Positions 52,940 to 64,000 of a DNA stretch of 64,000 bases are shown piece after piece. How positions within the stretch are numbered: position 1 is the stretch's first letter; every line of letters begins with the position of its first letter. The stretch spans positions 153,016,001-153,080,000 of the forward strand of contig OZ024742.1 in assembly GCA_964016885.1 (NCBI GenBank). The letters are read 5' to 3'. The notes under the pieces were generated by a model that saw only the letters and a list, made by a program, of their open reading frames with translations, did no database searches and was not told the origin of the DNA. Source of the DNA: Eledone cirrhosa (lineage: Eukaryota). A program made the translations under genes and the position numbers.

Positions 52940-53256
52940 AGGAAGTTATAGTTCACTTGAAGCATTGTGTAATGAGGTATAAACGTTAACTCTTCGATAT
53001 TATAGATAGAACTGATACTCTATACCATTTCCTGTCAGCATGACTTGGCAATTTATTTAGCACACTGGTTTAACCGCTTTACTTCCCTCCGAAGAAGAGA
53101 TATTATCTCGAAAATTAAGGACATTTAAATAAATCTATGGGAAAATACTAATTGTCAACAATATCTTTTGCATTTGCATTCTTTATTCTATGTCCACACC
53201 GGCTTTATTATACATATAAAAAGGTTTATATATATATATAAATATATATATATATT

Positions 53257-53790
53257 TTTAATATAGATGAGATTCTACAGGACTAAAACGGTTTCATTCT
53301 TTAGAAATCATCAGGAATCTGGGTATCAAAAAATAAATATGGTATGTATAGGTCTCTTCGGGTGGTAGGAGAGGGTAAGGAGTGGGATAGGTAGAGGTCA
53401 TTGGTTGATAAAAAGGGAATTCATTAAAAGCTAATTCTTCAAAGCTTTAGTTTATATTTATAGTAACAAAGGCAGAAATAATTCTATATACAAGTTCAGA
53501 ATAGGGTGCCACTCCTTAATTTTAAGTTTCTCTTAAACTAACAATGCCTAGATTTCAGGTAGTCTATAAGATCATTGGGGTCAGTCATAGTTGATGGATT
53601 TAAAGAAAAGGGAAATTCTATAAAAGCTAATTCCTTAAGGTTCTACTTAGTGACAAAGGCCTAGAGAATTCCATAGACCAGTTCAAAATTGTGAGTGCAT
53701 ATCATACCATTATCTTCAAATTTCTCTTAAACTATATTCCCAAAGTCAACAGACACATTCACAAACACACTCGCGCGCACCCACATGCAC
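53257..53790 (-). mobile_element. Diverged inverted copy of the 770-1445 pLTR/3'UTR fragment, with HHR at ~53270-53320
   Basis: Reverse-complement similarity; minus strand reads AGAUUC-CUGAUGA-UUUCUAAAGAAU-GAAAC..GUA|GAAUCU. Confidence 0.75.
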
Positions 53791-53799
53791 CCCCCCTCA

Positions 53800-53844
<45 letters not shown>

Positions 53845-53887
53845 TATACATACATATACTTATACATATATACACACATATATATAC

Positions 53888-53932
<45 letters not shown>

Positions 53933-54097
53933 TATATATATATTTATATACACACATACACACATATACATACACATATATATACATATATATACATACA
54001 TATACACAAATATATATATACAATCATATATACATATACACACACACATATGCACATATATATAAATATATAAATATATACATATATATATATATAT

Positions 54098-54178
<81 letters not shown>

Positions 54179-54284
54179 ATATATACATATACATATACAC
54201 ACATATATATATATATGTATACATATACACACACATACACATATATATATACACATATATATATATACACACATAAAACCATAT

Positions 54285-54317
<33 letters not shown>

Positions 54318-54344
54318 TTCACATACATATATACACACACACAG

Positions 54345-54391
<47 letters not shown>

Positions 54392-54494
54392 GATTTTGAG
54401 TTTATGTTGGTTGTATACCACACCTAAGTATACAGGCTGGAGCACTCGACGAAGTGCGCAGGTTGGTTTGGTTACTCCGGAGTATTGTAATATA

Positions 54495-55072
54495 TAGTTA
54501 AATAAAAGTCAAATGATTAAAATTTAGCTTCGTTTATTACTGCTATATATATTTCAGTGACAGCCATATTTGGCTGTGACCTCTTCAGGCAGTTTGAATT
54601 AGGATGGTATAGACAAGTACATATGTTGTTTAGGTGTATAATATTGTCAATACTCTGATATTCCCAGTTCCTTGTTTGGTTGTTAATTCACTGAGGAACT
54701 GGAGTCATATGAATTCAAACGAACGAATTTCAGTGTCAAAGGTCCCCTTCTCCTCTCATTGGTCAATTATTAGAACATTCCTCATTCTAAGTGTTATATA
54801 ACTGACCAATGAGAGGAGAAGGAGTCCTTTGACACTGAAATTCGTTCGTTTGAATTCATATGACTCCAGTTCCTCAGTGAATTAACAACCAAACAAGGAA
54901 CTGGTCATATCAGAGTATTGACAATATTATACACCTAAACAACATATGTACTTGTCGATACCATACTAATTCAAACTGCTTGAAGAGGTCACAGCCCAAG
55001 ATGGCTGTCACTGAAATATATATAGCAGTAATAAACGAAGGTAAATTTTAATCATTCGACTTTTATTTAACT
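54495..55072. repeat. Hairpin of ~270-bp pLTR-like arms, each with an HHR (54540-54592 minus, intact; 54976-55028 plus, C3U)
   Basis: CUGC-CUGAAGA-GGUCACAGCC/GGCUGUCACU-GAAAUAUAUAUA|GCAG, then AATAAA; ~35-nt loop. Confidence 0.85.
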
Positions 55073-55203
55073 TTATTATATATACATATATATATATATA
55101 TATATACACATACATACATATACACATACATACATATACACACATACACACATGTAGACAAATACACACATATATACACATACATACAAATATACATACA
55201 TAT

Positions 55204-55252
<49 letters not shown>

Positions 55253-55256
<4 letters not shown>

Positions 55257-55753
55257 GATAAGCAGAACAAGTAACATTCAATCAATTTTTTAAAATACAT
55301 TAAAAAATATAATATAAATATTTACCTCTTCTAGTGGCCCTTACTGATCAGTTTCGCTTTGTAAAACCTCATAAATCCGATGGATTTATGATGGAAAACC
55401 AAAGCTCATCAGAGAAGCATTTTCCCATCCTAGGGCTAAACGTCCCAGGAACGACAAAATATACAACCTCCTGCCAGCTAATAAAGGTCTGAAAGGTCGT
55501 AAAATTGACCCGTATGTAAACTGGACCGAAGTAAAAGGGGGAAAATCAAAGACTTGCTGTCTACAATTACTACTAAAAAAATAGCAGCCAAGTAGAGCAA
55601 CAGATTTTTCCATCATAAATCCATCGGATTTATGAGGTTTTACAAAGCGAAACTGATCAGTAAGGGCCACTAGAAGAGGTAAATATTTATATTATATTTT
55701 TTAATGTATTTTGAAAAATTGATTGAATTTTACTTGTTCTGCTTATCTTAATA
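55253..55753. repeat. Hairpin with ~145-bp arms; complete HHR on the minus strand at 55337-55418
   Basis: Minus strand: UUCU-CUGAUGA-GCUUUG..CAAAGC-GAA-ACUGAUCAGU-A|AGGG; the right arm holds only the 3' part of the HHR. Confidence 0.8.
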
Positions 55754-55858
55754 TTAAAGTTCTGGTGTATCAAATTAACACCATTGAACAACCTTGAATC
55801 ATAGACAACCTATGTATTTCTAGGGGTACCTAGTATCCCTGGACATATTAACTTCTAC

Positions 55859-55963
<105 letters not shown>

Positions 55964-56284
55964 CATATATATATATATATGTATACACACACACAAATAC
56001 ATATATACACATGTATACACATACACATACACATAAACATATATATATACACATAAATACACACATATATACATATATACATATATATACACATACACAC
56101 ACATACATACATATACATACATACACACATACATATAAATACATACATACACACATACATACATATACACACATACACACGTATGCATGTACACATATAT
56201 ATACGCACATACATACATACATACATATATATATACACACATACACACACATATATACATATATGTATATATATATATATATGC

Positions 56285-56318
<34 letters not shown>

Positions 56319-56416
56319 GCATACATATATATATATATACAAATATACATATATACACATACATACATACATCCATACTTACATACACATATATACACAT
56401 ACACACAAAGACATAC

Positions 56417-56513
<97 letters not shown>

Positions 56514-56514
56514 C

Positions 56515-58630
56515 TAGATAAATCTACCAAAAATTTACGGTAGTGTCCAATCCGTATGAAGAACTTAATGTAATCCGGATATCATGAAAAGAGAAAATGC
56601 ATTCAAAAACTATTTTCGGTGAAAACTAACGGAAAACAAAGTCAAGATAAATTAATAAAGTAATGAATAAACAAAGAAACAGTTCCTTATATTAAAAACA
56701 ATCATCATTTTACGATCGTTTCTAGGATATATATGTGTTAGTGTTGGTATGCATATTCTATAGATTTATGTAAAATATTTATACAAACTATCAGAGGCAA
56801 TATACATACCTACACATATATATGCTGTCTTCAGAAATAATGATATTTGTTTATTGAAAAAAACAAAGATTTAATACAATAGGTCTGTTTGGGAACAGGT
56901 TTTGAATTGACCAATATAAAGATAGTGAGGGTCAAGATAGTAATATATTAGTGAAAGAACCCTAATTTATGGGTAGAGGAAGGTATATTTCAGTTTATAC
57001 TACATACACTCACAATCTAATCACCCTAAATATATCCTTAAAAACCTATGATATAATATATCACTTAGAATTTCTAACCTTTCGTCTAACCAGGTTGTAT
57101 TTGATAAAAATGCGACCTTTTATAACGAAGCTCTAGCTAGAAGTGGCCACAAAAATAAATTAGTATATATACCTTGTACCAATAACACTACACACATACA
57201 ACCTAATATTACCAACAAACACCAAATGAAACATACACACCTAAATGCCACTCACACTATACCCCAAAATACCAACATAAAACCAAATTTCTCTAACTCT
57301 TCTAATATACAATATAGTAACTGTCAAAAAACTACTCATCCTACAACTCTAATAAATGTTAATAATAAAACTCCTAATAAACAAGCTAAAACACCTAAAT
57401 CAATAAATCTAACTAAAAATGTGTGTGGTGAAGTCATTAACAATAATTCTCTTAATAAACATCAGGATACATCCTGTAAAAACAATAAACACCATGGAAA
57501 CCGTAATAGACGAGTTACTTGGTATAATGCTCCATTTAATTTACAAATTAAGGATAATATACCTAAAAAATTCTTTAATATCCTAGAGAAGAACTTCCCG
57601 CCAAACCACAAATACCATCAAATTTTAAATAGATCAACGGTTAAATTCTCCTACTCAACAACCAAAAACATAAAACAAAATATAAGTGCCTACAATGCAT
57701 ATAAATGTAAAGAAACCATGAGTACACCACCAGTACATCAAACTAAGCATAATATCTCCTCAGATACAGGATTCATGAAAAGTTGTAACTGTAGAAACAA
57801 GGCACACTGTCCATTAAAAGGAAATTGCCTTGTTAATAACATAGTAGATAAATGTAAAGTTAACACTAAGGACTCAATTTATTCATATATAGGAGCTACC
57901 TCTAACAAATTTAAGGTAAGATTTAATACCCACAAAAATAGTTTAAAAAATGCCGCACTAGCTAATACAACATCTCTAGCTGAAATAATTAATAGTTATA
58001 GAAAGAGGAATATAGATTATGACCTGATCTGGAGTGTGCTCAAAAAGGCCACCCCTTATCAAAATAATAGATATGAATGTAGATTATGATCCCAAGAACT
58101 TTTTGATATAATGAAATCTAAGGATATCCTATTAAATAAGCGACAGGAATTAATAATATTGTGTAATCACAAACTGAGAAAAACCTTTAAATATTATAAA
58201 CCTAATTAATATACATTTTAGAAATTAATATATAAACTGTTTTTAATTCAGTTAACCTATAATTAATATTCTACTACTGATGAACTACATAATTTTACTT
58301 TCCTTCTTACAACTATCATTTCCTAAACCTGATACCATTAAGTAAACATATATAATTGTTTCTACTTTGGCACAAGGCCAGCAATTACCCAGTGCATTAC
58401 TGGTACTTTATTTTATCTACCCCGTAAGGATGAAAGGCAAAGTCAACCTTGGCGGGATTTGAACTCAGATCGTAAAGGGACGTAACTAAGGGACGTAAAC
58501 ATATAATGCTTTAATTTCAGGTTATGACTCTATGTTCCTAGAAATCTCTATATATTTATTATTGCTCACTAATACATTTTATTCCCCCCCCCCCCCAATA
58601 ATTATATGTATGTGTGTGTATGTATGTGTG

Positions 58631-58663
<33 letters not shown>

Positions 58664-59570
58664 GTGTGTGTGTATGTGTATGTGTGTGTATATATATATA
58701 TATGTATTATTTTTATATTCTTTTAATTTCCCCTCATCTTTAACAGCACTCTTCAACTACATCTAACTCTTATTTATCATATTATATGCATTAGTATAAT
58801 TTTATCAATATAAATATACCCATCAATTAAATTAATTTATATTCTTTTCATAGATGTATTTTTTTCACTAACACTCTTATTGTAAAATGTTTGTCTCCTT
58901 AGATATTTGCATTGGCATTACTGATTTATAACAGCAACTGCTCATATACCTTTTACTGACCTGACCTATTTTCATCCCTAAACTAACCTGCTCATTCTTC
59001 ACACTCCATTCAAAACTGAAATCTGCCTTCTTCTACCCCGAAAATAAGCTTCAATTACTACTATTTTACCATTTGGCCAATTATTAACTTTCTATTGGTT
59101 AATTCTAAACCTGTTACCAAACAGACAGAATATATTAGATCTTTGTTGGTTTTATTCAATGAACAAATATAATTATTTCTGAGGTCAGCATACGACCTAT
59201 TTTCATCCCTAAAATAATATTGTATTCTTTTCCATCCAAAACTGAAATCTACCTTCCTCTACCCAAAGAGTAGGGTTCTTTCACTAATATATTACTATCT
59301 TTATATTGGTCAATTCAAAACCTGTTCCCAAACAGACCTATTGTATTAAATCTTTGTTTTTTTCAATAAACAAATATCATTATTTCTGAAGACAGCATAT
59401 ATATGTGTAGGTATGTATATTCCCTCTGATAGTTTGTATAAATAGTTTACATAGATCTATAGAATATATGCATACCAACACTAACACATATATATCCTAG
59501 AAACGATCGTAAAATGATGAAATTTGTTTAATATAAGGAACTGTTTCTTTGTTTATTCATTATTTTATTA

Positions 59571-59575
<5 letters not shown>
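56515..59575 (+). mobile_element. 5'-truncated Naiad-type PLE (same family as 38205-43533) with inverted pLTR at its 5' end
   Basis: Coding relic ~56998-58208 (thumb, linker, CNCRNKAHCPL, YIGAT); 56648-56997 is the reverse complement of 59238-59575; HHRs at 56703-56842(-) and 59378-59519(+). Confidence 0.9.
58355..58490 (-). mobile_element. tRNA-derived SINE, 5'-truncated, inserted in the PLE 3'UTR
   Basis: Reverse complement of the SINE 3' part. Confidence 0.8.
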
Positions 59576-59621
<46 letters not shown>

Positions 59622-59862
59622 CACACACAGACATACACACATACATATATACATATATACACACACATATATATACACACATACCTACACATGCATAAAC
59701 ATATATATAAACACATATACACACATACACAAAAACATACATATACACGCAATAAAAATACACACACACACATGTGTACATATATATATATACACACATA
59801 TGTACATATATACACATATACACATACACACATACATACATATACATATATACATATATACG

Positions 59863-59896
<34 letters not shown>

Positions 59897-60001
59897 TACA
59901 CACACATACATACACATTTATATATATACACATACATATACACACACATATATACATATACTCATACATATACATACATACACATATATATATATACACA
60001 C

Positions 60002-60076
<75 letters not shown>

Positions 60077-60140
60077 CACACATACATATATATACACATA
60101 CATACATACATACACATACACACAAACATATATGCACCCT

Positions 60141-60171
<31 letters not shown>

Positions 60172-60204
60172 CAAAAAAAGAGAAATAGGACGAAGGTAAA
60201 CAGA

Positions 60205-60585
60205 ATGAAAAGCAAACTATGGGCACACAAGAAATGTAGTGCGATCACAGGCAGACTATCAAATAACATAGATTTTATATGTGGCCAATGCACAGTTTCA
60301 GTAAGTAGCAAGAGCCTACAGAATACAAGCTTCCTCAAATGCCCAGAGGACTCTGTAGACACAGTCGACAGTTACTGTTTCTTGGGTGACCAAATTAGCA
60401 GTGGCGGTAGATGATCCAAAAGTATAGTAGCCAGAGTGTAAATGGGATGGAAAAAGTTTAGGGAGCTAACTGCTAGCTACAAAAGGTTTTCCCATCAAAA
60501 TGAAGGGCATATTGTATGATGCATGTATAAGTACAGCAATGTTACATGGTAGTGAGACTTGGGCAGTATATACAGAGGACCATCA
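60205..60585 (+). mobile_element. RTE-like LINE RT C-terminal fragment
   Basis: [63 protein letters not shown], with stops. Confidence 0.7.
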
Positions 60586-60719
60586 AAAGGATTTAATCCA
60601 CGTATTAACAATTGTTTCATCAGAATTTCAGTCCATTATTGCTACACTATGGTAATAATAGGCAATCAAGAAAGATACTGTGGCATACGAATTTTCAAAA
60701 TACAAAGTTGAAATGACCT

Positions 60720-62490
60720 TAGGAAATGAAATAAGGGGTTGTAGTGTAAGATAGAGGAACAGAGAGAGAGAGGGGAAAACGAGAGGGAGAGAGAGAGAGT
60801 GAAAAGGGGCGGGGGTAGGGAGAAAAAGAGAAAGAGATAGGGTGATGTGAGAGGATTTGTATAGAATATAGTTAAGTTACAAGAAAGGGAGGGGGCGGGG
60901 AGGGTTGTTTGCTAAAAGTTGTGATGAGTAGAGGGAGAGAGAAGGAAGATAGAATTTTAAATGGCAGTTATGTAGTGGTCAGGCGAAAGTTTTACCAGAG
61001 AATAGATGAAGGAAGAAAGTATTAAATTTCATATATAGTCTATTTTTAGGAGTGTAGAATTGTTATTTAGGGTAGAAAAGGAAGAGAGGTAGTGTTAAGA
61101 TTTAGTTGAAGGTTTGAAGTGTGAGAACTTCGCTTTTAGTTTATGCTGGCAAAAGATTGACCTTTCAATTTTGTTGTTGAGTAGTTGGTGGCCTGAGCTT
61201 AGGATATGGAATAGCTCATTATTACACAACGGGCACGTTTTCATCCCACTCCAGTATGGAGGAGCATGTGAGAGTTTGGTCCATTTAAGTGTGTATTGTC
61301 GGTTACTCCCTTTTAAGTGCCAACTTCTGTCGGCGAGAGTCGTTACGTAACGGTGTTGGGAGTGCTTTATTGCGTAACGATGCGTGTACCAACGAGTTTT
61401 GAAGGTGTTTGCAGTGCTACCTATGTAGTGCCAGGTTTGGTTGTCCGACTCAACCGAGCACCTGTACACTAGGTTTGAATGGAAACATTCGTTATTCAAT
61501 GGACACGTCTCTGGAAGGTGGCAGTTACAATTTCTGTTATGGGCAGTGGTGGAGTTATAGGTGGGCTCGGATGTGTGTGTGAGTGTGTTTTGTGCATACT
61601 GTTTGTTAGTGGGTGGTTGTGTATTAGGTGTATTATTGTGTTGAGTGACTGGGGTTTTGTTGTTACGGAGTTTTTTGGCGTTGAGCATCTTAATGTGTGC
61701 GTCTAGGTTTGGTGCAGTGGAATAAGATAGTTTTGGTATTAAGTATACTACTACATGTATGTGAATTTGGAAAGTTTTTTTTTATAATTTTGTAGAATGT
61801 GGAAGGTAAGTTAGAGCTAATAGAAGAGTTAAAAATAGGATTATACCAAATGTAAGATCTACTCCGTGTTCTGTTTTGCTTTGATGTTGCTGTTGTATTT
61901 GTGGTGTGGGTAGTATTAGGGGGTCTAGGTGCGTGGGTGCGGGTGTTTGTGGGGCGTTTGGCTTGTCTATGGTTATGTGTTTTATGGTTGTGTCGGTCTA
62001 TGTATTCTAGTTTGTCGGTGTGGCCAGCCCGTTCTAATGCAGTGTTGTAATATTCAGCGTGTCGATCAAATGTGTTGGTTAGATGAGAGGCGGGATATTC
62101 TAAGTGATATACTATGTGGCACGGACCTTATAATAGATAGTGGGTGGTTAGAGCTAGTGTGGATGTATGTGGGGTTCTCATTGTTTTTGTGAAAGGGTGT
62201 GATAATTTGGGTGTTGAGGTTGAAGGTGGCATCTAGGAAGTTAACTACTTTGGTACTATATTCGTAGGTGATTTAAGGCCAAGGCTATCTAGGGTTCTTC
62301 TAATGCTCTTACGGGTTCGCTCTATGTTTTGTTTATTCATGTTTTTAACTAATAGGAGAGCGTCATCTCTATATATTCCGCCTTGAAGGTAACTAAATTT
62401 ATTATGTAAGGTGTGGGCTATGTATATACCAACATTATCCGTAACTTGTGCTGAATCATTAGCACCCATGGTTATGTCAAAGTTATCTAT
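60720..62490 (-). mobile_element. Decayed Naiad-type PLE (RT core to GIY-YIG, 61095-62490) with pyrimidine-rich 3'UTR
   Basis: FDITMGANDSAQVTDNVG, GGIYRDD, NFLDATFNL, CNCHLPETCPL, HYIGST..FKTRWYTH, CPLC, FCQHK. Confidence 0.9.
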
Positions 62491-62494
62491 TCTA

Positions 62495-63775
62495 TCCTTA
62501 GAAGAACAATATACGTAATCTCTTTAACCAACATAACCTAAAAATTGAATTTGATAATAGTATCAAACTAGCTAATTTCTTGGATGTATCTCTTAATCTT
62601 GACACTGGTCTATATTACCCTTACCATAAAAACAATGAGAACCTTAATTATGTTAACTTTAAATCTAACCATCCTACCAATATCAAGAATGCTATAGTTA
62701 ATAATATTGGAAATAGAATATCTAACATATCTTCTAATAAAACATCTTTGATGCTAACGCCAATTACTATAATAACGCACTTTCTAAAGCCGGCTATCCA
62801 GATAAAATCAAATATAATAAAGAAACAAATTCTAGAAAAACTTACAGTAGAATAATTAATCATGACCATTCCAATAATTTTAATAAAAGACCTAGATACA
62901 AAAACATAATCTGGTATAATGCTCCTTTACCCATCTCTATTAATAACAATATTCCTAAATTATTTTTTAGTGCCTTAAATAAATGCTTCCCTCCCTCACA
63001 TATCTATAGTAAAATATTTAACAAACACACCATCAAATTTTCGTATTCTACATCCTCCAATATTTCCAACATCATCTCTAAACACAACAACAAAATACTA
63101 AATACTAATTCTCTTCCTTCCAATATTGAATTTCATAATAACAGTAATAGTACTCCCGACGTCATTGTAAACCCTAGGCTAACTTCTGTAAATCCAAATA
63201 CAACGTCAAACACAACATCGCTAAATGTTCATAATCCAACTCTAAATCAAGAAACTATTATTCCTATTATTCCTATCGCAAACAACTTCTCCAATCCAAT
63301 TCCTTCTATAGATAACACTAGATCACCCATTAATAATCTCTCTAATTGCAACTGCCGCATTAAAAATAAATGTCCTCTCAACAACCATTGTCTCGATAAA
63401 AACTTAATTTATGAATGTAAAATTATAACTAGCACCAATTCCTTCACCTATTTTGGCTCCACTTCCACCTCTTTTAAAGCTCGTCTCTATAATCATCATT
63501 CATCTTTCAAATACAAACTTAAAAGAACTAACACTGCTCTCTCAGAACTCATATGGTCCTTAAAAGACAAAAACATTAAATATACCATCTTTTGGAAGAA
63601 GATTTCTTCTGCATCCTCATACTTGAACAGCTCTCTATCTAAAATCTGTAATCTCTGCCTAAATGAAAAAATTACCATTATCTCTAACCTAGATTCTATA
63701 ATAAATAGACGCTCAGATTTGTTTTCTATCTGCCTGCATAAATTCCATAGAACTTTTCACAAAGTATACAGTTAA
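62495..63775 (+). pseudogene. Naiad-type PLE relic (RT end, thumb, N-rich linker, GIY-YIG); the 3'UTR runs off the window
   Basis: NFLDVSLNL..YYPYHKNN..SNHP, WYNAP, CNCRIKNKCPL, YFGSTSTSFKARLYNH, CNLC, CLH. Confidence 0.9.
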
Positions 63776-64000
63776 TATTCAATTCTTTATCAATTTAGAA
63801 TCTTTTCTCAAAGGCACATATACATACACTTCTTTAAAATATACCCATCTACCCTACTTTAAAGGGCATTATACACTCTATAATACTCGTTTACTCATTA
63901 CCCTCATTCTATCTTCTTGTAAAATCATAACATTTGTTTTGCCATTAGAATATTCATCCGCAATCATTATTATTTTTTCTCTCTATTATAAATCTTTTTA

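Noticed and set aside
53086-53120. CCT-CCGAAGA-AGAGAT/ATCTC-GAAAATTA-AGG minimal HHR-like motif
   Set aside because: U4 substituted, 3-bp stem I, 1-bp stem III, single copy; too weak to call

Overview
AT-rich eukaryotic DNA saturated with (TA)n/(CA)n microsatellites. The repeat content (Meta/MESC-type tRNA SINE, CR1- and RTE-like LINE relics) suggests an octopus or other cephalopod; this is inference. No intact host gene is supported, and most ORF-track hits (YIYIY/HTHT/CVCV) are microsatellite translations. The window is a cluster of decayed Penelope-like retroelements (PLEs): mostly Naiad-type (YRDD RT, CxCx5C linker, C-terminal GIY-YIG) plus one Neptune-type. Most sit in (TA)n and are folded back on themselves as inverted repeats, including a nested palindrome of about 18.6 kb. 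The main hidden signal is RNA catalysis: I could hand-fold about 35 type I hammerhead ribozyme (HHR) motifs from about 12 sequence families. They lie in PLE pseudo-LTRs and in ORF-less tandem repeats: a 16-copy 310-bp array (22.4-27.9 kb) and related 470/420-bp arrays (44.5-47.3 kb). These look like non-autonomous retrozymes, which are candidate self-cleaving circular-RNA producers. Two HHR families carry the compensatory U3-A8 core variant. All structures were folded by eye and no activity is shown.
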